A stretch of DNA of 60,113 nucleotides from a virus (Duplodnaviria; Caudoviricetes). Of the stretch, positions 1 to 9,565 are shown piece after piece. The position numbers and the translations under genes are program-made. Below the pieces are notes generated by a model that saw only the letters and a list, made by a program, of their open reading frames with translations, searched no databases and had not been told where the DNA came from. Position 1 is the first letter of the stretch. Each line of letters opens with the position of its first letter. The stretch lies in IMG/VR virus record IMGVR_UViG_3300042466_000580, positions 1-60,113 of that record; one strand, written 5' to 3'.

Positions 1-983
1 ATGTTGGCAGGGCCTCCAATTCTCTGGACTACCTGCCGGTCTTTGTCGAGAAACTCAAACTCAATGCTGACCTTATCTCGCGCTTCCTGATCGGATTCAT
101 AGCACCCCTCTGGTGGAGTCCATTGAGCGGTCGCCAAGACGCACACCTGCTCGTCCTTGACCTCCAGCTTGAGGCTGGTGATTCCGGGTATTGGGACGCA
201 GTCTCCGCATGGAGGCGGCGGCTCAGGCTTGCACTGGTAGATTCGCCAGACGGGCTTTCCGTCCTCTTCGTCGGCTATGCAACCCTCTCCAATACTGCTG
301 CACCACACGCAGTCGCCATCGTCCTTGCGGGGGATCGTGATGCTCTTGGCGGGGTCGAAGTCAATGCCGCCGGGGCAACAGCCCACAACGGTTCGCATGG
401 TTGAGCCGTCGCACTGGCAGCAATCGCTTGTGTCTTCATGCGCAAACTCGTAGCCCTGCTCCTGCTGGGCGTCCTTGATCCCGTCGAGGCAGCCAGAGAA
501 ATCGTTCTCGGAGCAGTCGAAGTTAGAGCAATTGACGAGAACTGAGGGGGAGTCGCCGCAAACGTCCGGGGGTACGGAACACTGCTGACTACAGCATCCT
601 TCCTCTAAGTCTTCCTTGTTGGGGGTGCCGCCGTTATTCACGCAGTCTTGGGTGTAGGCAGGCTTGTTGACCGGAGTTCCCTTTTCGCAGTACCAGCAAT
701 CACAGAGGGGATTGGGGTGCTGCTCGTACCACTGATTGCAGGCTTGTTCGCTGCGGCAATCGTATGGAGCATCGCCGCACTGGCTTTCAAGGAATGGGTT
801 GTCATCTATCCGGTCTGGCTGGCACTTGCCGGTAGAGCATGGATCAGGGGGAATCCATGTGCAGTATTTACCGGGAGGGCAGGGGCCGTCACCACAGCAT
901 GAGCATTCCGCAATGTTGTCAGTCTTGACAAACTTGCCGTCCTTCTTCAGGAACTTGCCGTCCTTCTTGACCAGCTTAGACAT
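1..983 (-). CDS. Cysteine-rich putative virion protein, N-terminal part (runs off the left end; absent from the ORF track)
   Basis: ATG at 983 overlaps the TGA of the upstream gene. Manual translation is open to base 1: MSKLVKKDGKFLKKDGKFVKTDNIAECSCCGDGPCPPGKYCTWIPPDPC... Confidence 0.85.
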   Translation of the reverse strand, partial: MSKLVKKDGKFLKKDGKFVKTDNIAECSCCGDGPCPPGKYCTWIPPDPCSTGKCQPDRIDDNPFLESQCGDAPYDCRSEQACNQWYEQHPNPLCDCWYCEKGTPVNKPAYTQDCVNNGGTPNKEDLEEGCCSQQCSVPPDVCGDSPSVLVNCSNFDCSENDFSGCLDGIKDAQQEQGYEFAHEDTSDCCQCDGSTMRTVVGCCPGGIDFDPAKSITIPRKDDGDCVWCSSIGEGCIADEEDGKPVWRIYQCKPEPPPPCGDCVPIPGITSLKLEVKDEQVCVLATAQWTPPEGCYESDQEARDKVSIEFEFLDKDRQVVQRIGGPAN

Positions 984-1615
984 CAGCAATCCACCGTGTC
1001 TTTGAGTTGCTTCTCAATGGCTTTTACCCTGTCTTCTAGGTCTGTAATTTTAGTTCGCTGTTTGTCTAGCTCCTTGGCCTGCTGGTCAAGGATTGAACAT
1101 ACATCTTGACCAGCGTACTTGCCGGTGCTGCACTTCCCCGCAGATGACTTACTTGAGCCGCATGGGTCTGAGCAAATGCCGCATGACTTGAGGAGCGACT
1201 TCAGGATTGCACATTGCGTCGTGTTCCCTACGGGGGGCAGGAAAACTTGGACACCACCACCGCCGCCGTTGCCACCGCCGCCGTCAGTGCCACTGCCGTC
1301 ACCCCCATCCCCGTCCTTGCCGTCCTTGCCAGCTTTGCCTACCGCCCACGCCCATTTGCCATTGGCCCCGGCTGCACCGGCTGCCCCGGGAGTGCCGCCC
1401 GAATACTCCTCAGGGGAACGGAAGGCATCCTGAAACGAGGAGCTTGATGCAGAGTCGGAACTGACTTCTTGGGAGTTCGACTGACTCTCCCTAAAGTCAT
1501 AGTATTCCGACATAGCCGCAGTGAATCGTGACACTATGTCTTGGGCATGGTTGGTCGGCACCCCGCCCTGAGTGAGCAAGCCCTGCACTTCGTTTAATGC
1601 ACGTTGCCAACTCAT
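983..1615 (-). CDS. Hypothetical tail-associated protein (Gly-rich/collagen-like linker, Cys cluster, C-terminal coiled coil)
   Basis: 210-aa ORF coupled to both neighbours; GKAGKDGKDG repeats; C-terminal heptads. Confidence 0.7.
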   Translation of the reverse strand: MSWQRALNEVQGLLTQGGVPTNHAQDIVSRFTAAMSEYYDFRESQSNSQEVSSDSASSSSFQDAFRSPEEYSGGTPGAAGAAGANGKWAWAVGKAGKDGKDGDGGDGSGTDGGGGNGGGGGVQVFLPPVGNTTQCAILKSLLKSCGICSDPCGSSKSSAGKCSTGKYAGQDVCSILDQQAKELDKQRTKITDLEDRVKAIEKQLKDTVDC

Positions 1616-4533
1616 TAACCAGCCCCTTGCACACCGTTGACGCTGATTTCGTGAAGGATAATCGGACCAGCCTCGCTCTGTTCACCCTTTAGTCTAACAC
1701 TTACATGGGTGTCGTTGCCGGAAAATGCTGTAATTGTTTTACCTGCAAAGAGCGCACGGGCAATCCCATTTACTGGGGCACCCTCAAACAGTTGGCCCTT
1801 CATGTTCATAAAACTGGAGGGGTCTGCATCATCTGCGGTAAAGCCAGCCGAACCAAAGACCTCACGGCGGGCTACGTTCTGGCGGGGAACTTCTGAGGCA
1901 TTGTAAAACAACTCCAGCCGCACCAAGGAATCGCCCGCTGTTGGCGTGTAAAGCACCGAGATTCCACGGCTGTTCTGTTGAGCCCCTGTCTTGGAGGACT
2001 GGTCATCTTCGTATGCCATGTTCCCAGTACGGAAGGCATAAAGTACAGGTTTGCCGTCATCAGTAAGGCCGTTGGCAAGGATGTGAATCCCAGACTCGCT
2101 GGCAACTACGGGCTGCACGAATCCGTCTTCTGTCCTTATCTCTGAACCAGCACTAAAAACATAGGGATAAGACTCCACCCAAAAAGCCTTGGAGTCAGGG
2201 TCGTAGACAATCTGCCTTGTGGGGAAAGTGCCTTCGTCGCCAACGAAAGAAACGTGGATTCTGATTACGCCCAAGTTCTTGTCAGCCCGCACGAACCAAA
2301 ACTTCCTCTTGGCAAAGTCCAAAGTCTTATCCAGAGGGTCTTCGCTGGTGCAGAAGAGCGTGGCTATGGCATCGCTCACATCCTCGACGCTGCCCTGCTG
2401 ATCCATCTTGTAGAAACCATGATCATCCAGCACATAGCAGGTGCCCATCCAGATATCCCAGCACCGCTGATTCAGGCAGCCGCGATAGGCAACCAGCGCA
2501 GCCGTGGTGTCGATCTCGGGCCTACTAACAAAGTTCAGCCGGTAGCAGTGTTTGGCCTGCATGACCATCAGTGCCCCGGCAAACGGGATCAGGGCCGTGA
2601 TGTAATCGGAATCCCTAACGTTCTGCTGAAGAATGATCTCGTTGACCTCGGGTATCGACTCGGGCCGGTCTTGCTCACTGAAGAGCAGGGTGTTGGGCCG
2701 CTTCCCGGTTGTGTCTACAGCGAGGAATGCCCGGTCCTGAAACACTGCCCCAACAGCAAAGTCGGAGCTGGGAGTCCCGTAGGCATTGAGTTGCAGTCTG
2801 CCGTCAGATAGCAGGATGCTCTTGGCATCAAAGTCCGCTCTCTTCGGGTCACGAACGTCCTTGTCGTGGATCGTGTCTTCGTAGGTCGTGGTTCCGACAG
2901 GCAGCCGCACTAGCCGAAACAGGGTGGTGGCCTGATTTGCGTCTGACCGCCATAGCTCTATGTGGGTGGCACTGTCTGGCGCAGTGGCTGGCAGGGTCCA
3001 AGTGAACTTCTTGGCGCAGTCACCGGCATCCACCTCGTTGACGGGAGAAAGATTGCTGTAAAGCGGCCCGCCCTGTTCTTTAGTCACCGTGTCATTGGCA
3101 TACCTGTAGTAGCACTGGTATTTACCACGGAAGTTGGGCCTGACGATTGCCAGTGCCCGTGCCCCACCAACATCCCCGTCTGTGTTCACAACTTTGGGGG
3201 GAAACAAGTAGAGCTTGCCCGGTTCTTGGAGCTTGATTTCAGTGACTGCCCCATCACAGTTGATCTCTGTTTCAATCACATCCCCGTCTTCGGTGACGAA
3301 TGTGGGGGGAGTGAGATAGCCAGAGCCACCATTTGTGATAGTTGTCTTGATTTTCCGCTGTTTGTACGGATTGCTGTTGGTGATGGTCAGTTCGTCGGGA
3401 CCCTTGGGGTCATATCTTGTGTACCCCCTAGCCCGCAATTGGCATTCTTGCGTGGTGTTGCACACCGGGCCTGTTGTTACCCCGGCCCCTGCCTGCCATG
3501 CGTTGGCAGTGTGGAGGGTTGCTACAACTTCCTCTCCGGGTTTGTAGCCAGAGCCAAAATTGTAGACCTGCACAGTGACTCCTTGATTTGTCAGGTCTGT
3601 GCCGTCCGAATCCTGCTTGTAGCAGTTGCCGTTGTACAGTGAATCAAAGAAGAAGATTGCACTTGCACCTCTGCCTGAGCCCCCGCTTACCGGAACAATG
3701 TAGCCGTTGCCCTCTTTTTGGTATTCGTTGAGGCAAAGCCAGAACCAAGTGGGTAGCTCTGAAATCTCAAAGAACACAATGCCCGTGTCAGGGTCACCTT
3801 CGGCATGGCCGTCCTCTAGCTCAATGACTGCTGATGCACCAGTGCCAGTGGCTGGTCCGTTAGGCGTGTCGGTGAGCGTGACGCATGGCACTTTGTCATA
3901 GCCAGCACCACCATCAGTCACCTCTATGGCAGAAACACGCGCGTCAGCAATCCTAGAGAGGGCAACTGCCTGCCTGCCGCCAGCGGGAGGTGCCGCTATA
4001 GAGACTGTGGGTGGCAGGTGATAGCCGTTGCCTACATCAGTAAGGTCAATGCGGGCAACGTAGTAGCTGGCACTGGAATCAATGGCGATCTCGGGCTTGT
4101 TGGCCGGGGGGTCAAGACCAACGGGAGTAGTGAAGCCCTCGCCATCTGCCCCCTTACGCCACACCAAACCACGCTTGCCATAGCCCTGATAGATGTAGAC
4201 CTCACCCCTACGGCCTTGTGAGAAGGTCACGGGATGATCGCCAGTAAAGCTGCCAGTGCTTAGGGTGGTTTCTTCTGTCCCATCAAACTGAACTATGTCT
4301 CCAGCGTCCGACTGACCCAAGATGATGTCGGTCTTGCCTGAGCCGGTGGACAGGCCCCAGAGTTCAATCATCCGCTGGCTGGTGGGGATGATCTTCTTGG
4401 AGCCACCACGGGCAGATAGCTGGCCCGGGACGAAGGTGGTGAGGTTCACTTGCTCGACAGCACCGCCCGGTGGCAGCAGATACCGAGAGAAGGAAGGCAC
4501 CCAGCCTTTCCACTGATTGATCTTGATGCTCAT
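1615..4533 (-). CDS. Putative tail nozzle / tail tubular protein B-like protein with GxGY repeat insert
   Basis: About 970 aa; follows an adaptor-like gene; beta-propeller-like character (FQDRAFLA, LLFSEQDRPES); repeated 'ITNGGSGY..PP' motifs; ATG at 4533 overlaps the upstream stop. Confidence 0.6.
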   Translation of the reverse strand: MSIKINQWKGWVPSFSRYLLPPGGAVEQVNLTTFVPGQLSARGGSKKIIPTSQRMIELWGLSTGSGKTDIILGQSDAGDIVQFDGTEETTLSTGSFTGDHPVTFSQGRRGEVYIYQGYGKRGLVWRKGADGEGFTTPVGLDPPANKPEIAIDSSASYYVARIDLTDVGNGYHLPPTVSIAAPPAGGRQAVALSRIADARVSAIEVTDGGAGYDKVPCVTLTDTPNGPATGTGASAVIELEDGHAEGDPDTGIVFFEISELPTWFWLCLNEYQKEGNGYIVPVSGGSGRGASAIFFFDSLYNGNCYKQDSDGTDLTNQGVTVQVYNFGSGYKPGEEVVATLHTANAWQAGAGVTTGPVCNTTQECQLRARGYTRYDPKGPDELTITNSNPYKQRKIKTTITNGGSGYLTPPTFVTEDGDVIETEINCDGAVTEIKLQEPGKLYLFPPKVVNTDGDVGGARALAIVRPNFRGKYQCYYRYANDTVTKEQGGPLYSNLSPVNEVDAGDCAKKFTWTLPATAPDSATHIELWRSDANQATTLFRLVRLPVGTTTYEDTIHDKDVRDPKRADFDAKSILLSDGRLQLNAYGTPSSDFAVGAVFQDRAFLAVDTTGKRPNTLLFSEQDRPESIPEVNEIILQQNVRDSDYITALIPFAGALMVMQAKHCYRLNFVSRPEIDTTAALVAYRGCLNQRCWDIWMGTCYVLDDHGFYKMDQQGSVEDVSDAIATLFCTSEDPLDKTLDFAKRKFWFVRADKNLGVIRIHVSFVGDEGTFPTRQIVYDPDSKAFWVESYPYVFSAGSEIRTEDGFVQPVVASESGIHILANGLTDDGKPVLYAFRTGNMAYEDDQSSKTGAQQNSRGISVLYTPTAGDSLVRLELFYNASEVPRQNVARREVFGSAGFTADDADPSSFMNMKGQLFEGAPVNGIARALFAGKTITAFSGNDTHVSVRLKGEQSEAGPIILHEISVNGVQGAG

Positions 4534-5600
4534 GTGATTGGGTTCCCGCATGAGTCATAGACCGTATCGGAGGAGCCACCAAAGACTTCTCCGGGGATGT
4601 TGCAGGTGCCTTCAGCGTTTGGCCCGCCGGTTGTGCCGCAGTTGGTTCCCTGATCCACGCCCGGTCGGAGATACCAGAGAGCGTAGTAGCCGCCACCACC
4701 AGCTTGGCCGCCGTTGTGGTTTCTCTGACCAGAAAGAACGGCAATGGCATCAGACTCAAACGCCATTCGCAGATCACGCCCGTAGATGCCGGTGGCTCCC
4801 TCAATGTTCTTGCCCATAAGGCGGGCCATCCAGACTTCAGAGCCCGCAAGCAAAGCCGTGTACATCCCGGGCGAAATGTCGAGGTAGTCAGTGATTACGA
4901 ACTTAGTGCCCTCTGGGTAAGCCATCTTGCCAGCCGGGGAATAGGCATACAGCTTGCCTGTGTTGGCAACCCCGTAAATCAAGCCCTCGTCGCTGTAGGC
5001 ATTCATGCCGGTTAGGGATTCGGGGTGCTTCCTGGGGTCAGCACTCACTCGGATGACGCTGCCAACCATCAGGTTGGTGAAGGTAGTGCCATTACCAAAA
5101 GCCTCTTGGCCGGTCCAAGAAATCGTGCCGTTTCGTGCCTGAGGCTCCCAGCCCGTAAACCTGAGATCACGGGGGCGGCGACGGTAGGTGACCGACACAC
5201 AGCTATCAGATGCCCAGCCGTTGTAGACAATGAGGTCAAATCGGTCAGGGACCTGGGTGGAAGGGGCGACCGTCCAGGCAATTCGGGCGAACCCCCGGAA
5301 CTGCAAATGAACCAGACGGTTGAACTCGGTGGGACTCAGGTACTCAGCGATCACGCCGGTCTGCGGCAACATAAACGAATCTACGGAAGTCACGCCCCAC
5401 GGCAGGGTATGCCGGGAAATGGTGTCCTGCCCACAGATGTCGATCTGCTCCTCGGCCTGATACCACCGCCAATCCCGCACAGACACTAAGTCTCTGTAGG
5501 CACTGAAGAGAGCCTGCCTCAGGACCCGGTTCTCTTGGTCTTGGGCACCGCCACCAGTGGAATCCATTAGGTAGCTGATTGCGTCAAAAGCCGAATACAT
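4530..5600 (-). CDS. Putative head-tail adaptor / tail tubular protein A-like
   Basis: 356 aa; N-terminal helical region ending DWRWY; position upstream of the nozzle candidate. Confidence 0.55.
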   Translation of the reverse strand: MYSAFDAISYLMDSTGGGAQDQENRVLRQALFSAYRDLVSVRDWRWYQAEEQIDICGQDTISRHTLPWGVTSVDSFMLPQTGVIAEYLSPTEFNRLVHLQFRGFARIAWTVAPSTQVPDRFDLIVYNGWASDSCVSVTYRRRPRDLRFTGWEPQARNGTISWTGQEAFGNGTTFTNLMVGSVIRVSADPRKHPESLTGMNAYSDEGLIYGVANTGKLYAYSPAGKMAYPEGTKFVITDYLDISPGMYTALLAGSEVWMARLMGKNIEGATGIYGRDLRMAFESDAIAVLSGQRNHNGGQAGGGGYYALWYLRPGVDQGTNCGTTGGPNAEGTCNIPGEVFGGSSDTVYDSCGNPIT

Positions 5601-6721
5601 CAAGTCACCGTGAGTGTGGCCGGGTTGGAGTTTTCAGTGCCGTTCGGGATTGGCTTGTAATTGCCAATGATCACGGTCGGGTAAGATTGGATGACAGTCC
5701 CTGTCTCAGCCGACACAACACACCGGAATTGCCTGCCGTTTCCTTCAGTGCGGGCAACAAAAGAAAGGACTGCCGAAGCCGTGTATCCGTTCTGACTGCC
5801 AGACGCACCGTCGATGTCCAGCCAAGAGCTTGAGTCCCAGCCGCCAGCCGAGCCCTCGGCAGAAGCCTGCCACTTCCATGAAACCCGGGCAAGCGACACC
5901 TTTGTGCCCGTATGCACCGTAGCCGTCATTCGGAAGATGGCCGTGCTTCCTGCCGAAACACTGGTATCAAAGGGCTGGGAGTCAAACTGGACTGCATCTG
6001 ATGCCTGAGGTGCAACAAACAGCATGGCCGTGCCGCTGGTTACGGAAAGGCTGTCGGCTGTGGCGATGCACCTGTAGGATCGCCCGCTCAATGCAATGTC
6101 CGCAGTGATCCTAAGGGAGCTTGTGGGCGGGGCTGCTAGGTCAGCCCACTTCGTCTGGTCAGAAGTGTTGGCAGGGAGGGACTGCCACTTGTAAGAAATC
6201 AACGCTCCCGAAGAGTGGATGGCTTCCGCAATAAACACAACAGCATCCCCGTCTGTCACGGACTCGTCTTCCGGCTGCACGGCAAATTTTAGGGTTGATC
6301 CAGTTCCGCCTCCGCTTCCGTTTCCGGTGCTGCTAACAGGCAAGACAAGATGCAAGACTTGATTGGGAGGGCTGCCGGTAATGGTGGCACTGGCAGTAGT
6401 GCCGGTAGTCACGGTGCCAATAGTCAGAGAGCAGGGGGCTCCCGGCTGACCGTTGACGCCACTAGGCCCAACTGGCCCTTGCGGCCCGACCGACCCATTA
6501 ACACCGGACTCAGATTGATAGCTTAATTCTGCATACCTGCTGATGCCGTCACCGATCTTCCACTTGCCGGTGTCGGACTCATAGGCAGTCGCCCCCGCAC
6601 TAAGCACGGGGTTAGATATGAACCACTCCGAAGAGGTCTTGGAGGGCATAGCGAACGGGGATGGAGAGCCGCAGCCGCAGCCAGAAGGGGTGCCGGTGCA
6701 GGTGCTTGGGACAAAGCTCAT
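5600..6721 (-). CDS. Tail fibre/appendage protein: Mtd-N-like anchor, short collagen segment, two Ig-like domains
   Basis: 'WFISNPVLSAGATAYESDTGKWKIGDG' motif; G-X-Y triplets; two 'QP.D.SV..G....F...YKWQ...YRC' Ig-like repeats. Confidence 0.75.
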   Translation of the reverse strand: MSFVPSTCTGTPSGCGCGSPSPFAMPSKTSSEWFISNPVLSAGATAYESDTGKWKIGDGISRYAELSYQSESGVNGSVGPQGPVGPSGVNGQPGAPCSLTIGTVTTGTTASATITGSPPNQVLHLVLPVSSTGNGSGGGTGSTLKFAVQPEDESVTDGDAVVFIAEAIHSSGALISYKWQSLPANTSDQTKWADLAAPPTSSLRITADIALSGRSYRCIATADSLSVTSGTAMLFVAPQASDAVQFDSQPFDTSVSAGSTAIFRMTATVHTGTKVSLARVSWKWQASAEGSAGGWDSSSWLDIDGASGSQNGYTASAVLSFVARTEGNGRQFRCVVSAETGTVIQSYPTVIIGNYKPIPNGTENSNPATLTVT

Positions 6722-6981
6722 TGTTGCTCCTCAGTTGTCAGTGCCGCCCGGTACGCATCACACTCTGCCTTGACTGCCGCCAGTGCCGCATCTTGCTCGG
6801 CAGCGAGAGCAGCCTCATCGACTCTGAGTTGATCCATCTCTGCCTGAACTTGCGCTTGCTTGTCCTGTGCGGCTTTGTCCTGTGCCTGCAACTCGGCCTG
6901 CCGCTTGGCCTGTTCGGCTGCGGCCATGTCGATGACGGGCTCGGCCACAGTGTCGGTCACTACTTCGTTTTCAGTTGTCAT
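6718..6981 (-). CDS. Small Ala/Gln-rich coiled-coil protein (possible fibre chaperone)
   Basis: 87-aa helical ORF directly after a fibre gene. Confidence 0.6.
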   Translation of the reverse strand: MTTENEVVTDTVAEPVIDMAAAEQAKRQAELQAQDKAAQDKQAQVQAEMDQLRVDEAALAAEQDAALAAVKAECDAYRAALTTEEQQ

Positions 6982-6989
6982 GCTGCTAC

Positions 6990-8627
6990 CTAAAAGGTTC
7001 CCTGCACTTCCGTAGACCAGTTGCTATTTTCCGTTGCGGTGTAGTACCGGATTGAAAATTTGGTGCCTGTTATGTTCGTATCGACGCTAGTGAAAACACA
7101 GGCGTGTCTTTCATCTGCCCCAAGAGCCATCGACACCCAGCCCGAGTATGTGGCAACGCCGCCTACAAACATCTTGGTGGTGGTATTCACCTTGCCAAGA
7201 AGAAGCGATTGTGCAGGGTTGATTGAGGTATTTATGTATCCCTGCAAACCAGTAATCGTCGCACTGGCGACAGGTGCGGTGGACATGACGGCGCACGCCT
7301 TACCGGCATCTGTTTGCCCGTTGGCAAGTCCAAACACCTTGAATATGGAAGGTGCGTTAATCGTTGGGTTGGTTTGCGTTCCAGACAGGTCGGAGAAGTT
7401 GAGCTTGGCGTTGACAAAGGCTGTGCCGTTGTATCGAAGGACTTGCCCTGCGGCGGGAGTGGTGACCGTAACGTCAGTCAGGTCATCCGCCTTAAGGGTG
7501 GGCACTCCATTGATGGCCGAAGCCGGAATGGACTTGGCAGCAAAGTTATGGGCGGTGCCAGCACTGGTGATGTTGCCAACTACCTCTAGGGTAGACCGCA
7601 GCTTGGCGGCCCCACCGACCTCTAGGGCGACGGCAGGAGTAGACCAGCCTATGCCAACATTGCTCTTGAAGTAGGAGTCAGCATCCCCCTGAAACTGCAC
7701 GGCATAAGAGCCAGATGCTTTCGGAACATCCACATAGAGGCCGCAGTTGCGGGTGCCGCCACTGACGATAGCTTGCAGGCCAAAGTTCTGCGTAGCGGTG
7801 GCGGTGACGTTGCCGATGACCCCAATGCCCGTGCTGACCGTGCCGGTAACGTCGCCCCGCACGCCCGTTACACCGCCAGAGGTTGCGGACGTACCGACAC
7901 CGGCCCCGTAAAACCCAATGGCCGTAACGCTGTCGCCCGCCGTGACAGTTGATTTGGCTTGGGTATCATTGACGATGAAGTCGCCGCCAGAGGCGGTTAT
8001 GTTGCCAGAGGCGGTGATGGCAAAGTTGTCGGCTGTGCACTCAAAAGTTCTGCCAGTGGCTACTGTGTTCCTGAGTGTGATCGCCGTTGCGGTAGTGGCT
8101 ACGTTTGCCGCCTGCACGCTGATCTGCATGAAAGAGTCGCAGCCAGTGGCAGTTCCGTCCGCAGCGGCAGTTACGCCGATCACGCCAGCCGTCCGCTCGC
8201 CCGTCCCATTCGGCACCGCGAACCGCACTTGACCCAACTGGTCATTCGCCTTGACCGGAGTAGGTGCAGCAAGAGTGCCCCGATCCTTGCGGAGAGTAAG
8301 GAACGGCCCATACGGGTCTTCGTTTGCGTTCGTAATGCGGGCAATAGCGCGACCTGTTTCCGCAGCTACCGTAACGAGGCTGGAGACTGTGGCCGTGCCC
8401 GCAGGCTGCGGAGCCTTAACCGTGAGCGGGCCGGTCATGTTGTCGCCAGCCAAGTTGACATAGATCGCATCTAGGTCTGGCTGAGAGACAAGGAGCTTCC
8501 CGTCTGTGCCGATTCTTGCGAGGTTCTTGGCATCGGCACTAACTACGGTCGGGCCTTCTGCCCCATCGGCTCCCTGAAGGGGTAGCCACTTGGTGCCGTC
8601 GAAGATGTGTGGTTTTGGATCAGCCAT
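6990..8627 (-). CDS. Tail fibre protein
   Basis: 545 aa, Thr/Gly/Ala-rich; 'YVNLAGDNMTGPL', 'NVGIGWSTP' and 'DDLTDV...AGQVLRYNGT' fibre motifs. Confidence 0.75.
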   Translation of the reverse strand: MADPKPHIFDGTKWLPLQGADGAEGPTVVSADAKNLARIGTDGKLLVSQPDLDAIYVNLAGDNMTGPLTVKAPQPAGTATVSSLVTVAAETGRAIARITNANEDPYGPFLTLRKDRGTLAAPTPVKANDQLGQVRFAVPNGTGERTAGVIGVTAAADGTATGCDSFMQISVQAANVATTATAITLRNTVATGRTFECTADNFAITASGNITASGGDFIVNDTQAKSTVTAGDSVTAIGFYGAGVGTSATSGGVTGVRGDVTGTVSTGIGVIGNVTATATQNFGLQAIVSGGTRNCGLYVDVPKASGSYAVQFQGDADSYFKSNVGIGWSTPAVALEVGGAAKLRSTLEVVGNITSAGTAHNFAAKSIPASAINGVPTLKADDLTDVTVTTPAAGQVLRYNGTAFVNAKLNFSDLSGTQTNPTINAPSIFKVFGLANGQTDAGKACAVMSTAPVASATITGLQGYINTSINPAQSLLLGKVNTTTKMFVGGVATYSGWVSMALGADERHACVFTSVDTNITGTKFSIRYYTATENSNWSTEVQGTF

Positions 8628-8691
8628 TGAATTGCCCTAGTGTTCTTGGCCGGGAGGCGAGATTGCCATCCCGGCAGTGACCGATGCCTCG

Positions 8692-9300
8692 TTACGGAAT
8701 CTGGAACCAGATGGCTCCCTTAGCAGCACCGACCGGCTCATCAGCTTGCGGCCCGTACACCTCCTGAGACTTGCCATCAGCACCGTCCGCACCATCGGCA
8801 CCAGCTTCACCCTTCTCGCCGGGATCACCCTTCGCTCCATCGGCACCGGCAACTCCGTCCGCACCGTCAGCACCAGCGGGGCCTTGCGGGCCAACCGGGC
8901 CGCGAATCGGGCCGACGTTACTGTACGTCGTGCCGTCGTACACAATGCCGTCACCGGGCAGGGCTGGGCCGGTTGCGCTTGCGGGAGTGCCGACCGGAAC
9001 AGGATCGGACACAATAAACATATCACCCGCCTCTACCGGGACGGTGATCGGCCATTCGGTCAGGGGGCCGACAATGGTTACGCCGGAACCGGCATCGCCC
9101 TTCTCACCGGGCACGCCTTGCTCACCCGGATCGCCTTTCGGGCCAGCCTCACCCGGCGCACCCGGCTGACCCGGCGGGCCTTCATTTCCAGACGGGCCGG
9201 GATCGCCCTTCGCGCCGTCAGCACCGGGCTGACCATCCGCACCAGCGGGGCCACGCAGAGACAGCCATTCAGTTCCGTTGTAAACAAGGACATCAGCCAT
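8692..9300 (-). CDS. Collagen-like fibre protein
   Basis: Two long G-X-Y tracts. Confidence 0.85.
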   Translation of the reverse strand: MADVLVYNGTEWLSLRGPAGADGQPGADGAKGDPGPSGNEGPPGQPGAPGEAGPKGDPGEQGVPGEKGDAGSGVTIVGPLTEWPITVPVEAGDMFIVSDPVPVGTPASATGPALPGDGIVYDGTTYSNVGPIRGPVGPQGPAGADGADGVAGADGAKGDPGEKGEAGADGADGADGKSQEVYGPQADEPVGAAKGAIWFQIP

Positions 9301-9313
9301 AGTCAGGTTCCTT

Positions 9314-9565
9314 TCAAGTTAAGTCATCAAGAGTTCGGTAGGTCTTCACTTGGTCGAGAGTTCGATAAACCTTCTTCACACCTTCGTTAATCCAGTGGTC
9401 ACCCACGCTGGCAGTGGTGGGCATGGTGGCCTGAACGAAGACGTTGATTGATTTGCCATCAGCACCAGCGGGACCGGCTGGGCCCTGTGGGCCAACACTG
9501 CCGCCGCCACCCGTTGAGATCGGCTGCCAGCCTGTGCCGTCAAAGTAGTAGAGGTTGTTTGCCAT
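9314..9565 (-). CDS. Small collagen-like fibre/adaptor protein
   Basis: 83 aa; GPQGPAGPAGADG; N-terminus resembles that of the neighbouring fibre gene. Confidence 0.75.
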   Translation of the reverse strand: MANNLYYFDGTGWQPISTGGGGSVGPQGPAGPAGADGKSINVFVQATMPTTASVGDHWINEGVKKVYRTLDQVKTYRTLDDLT

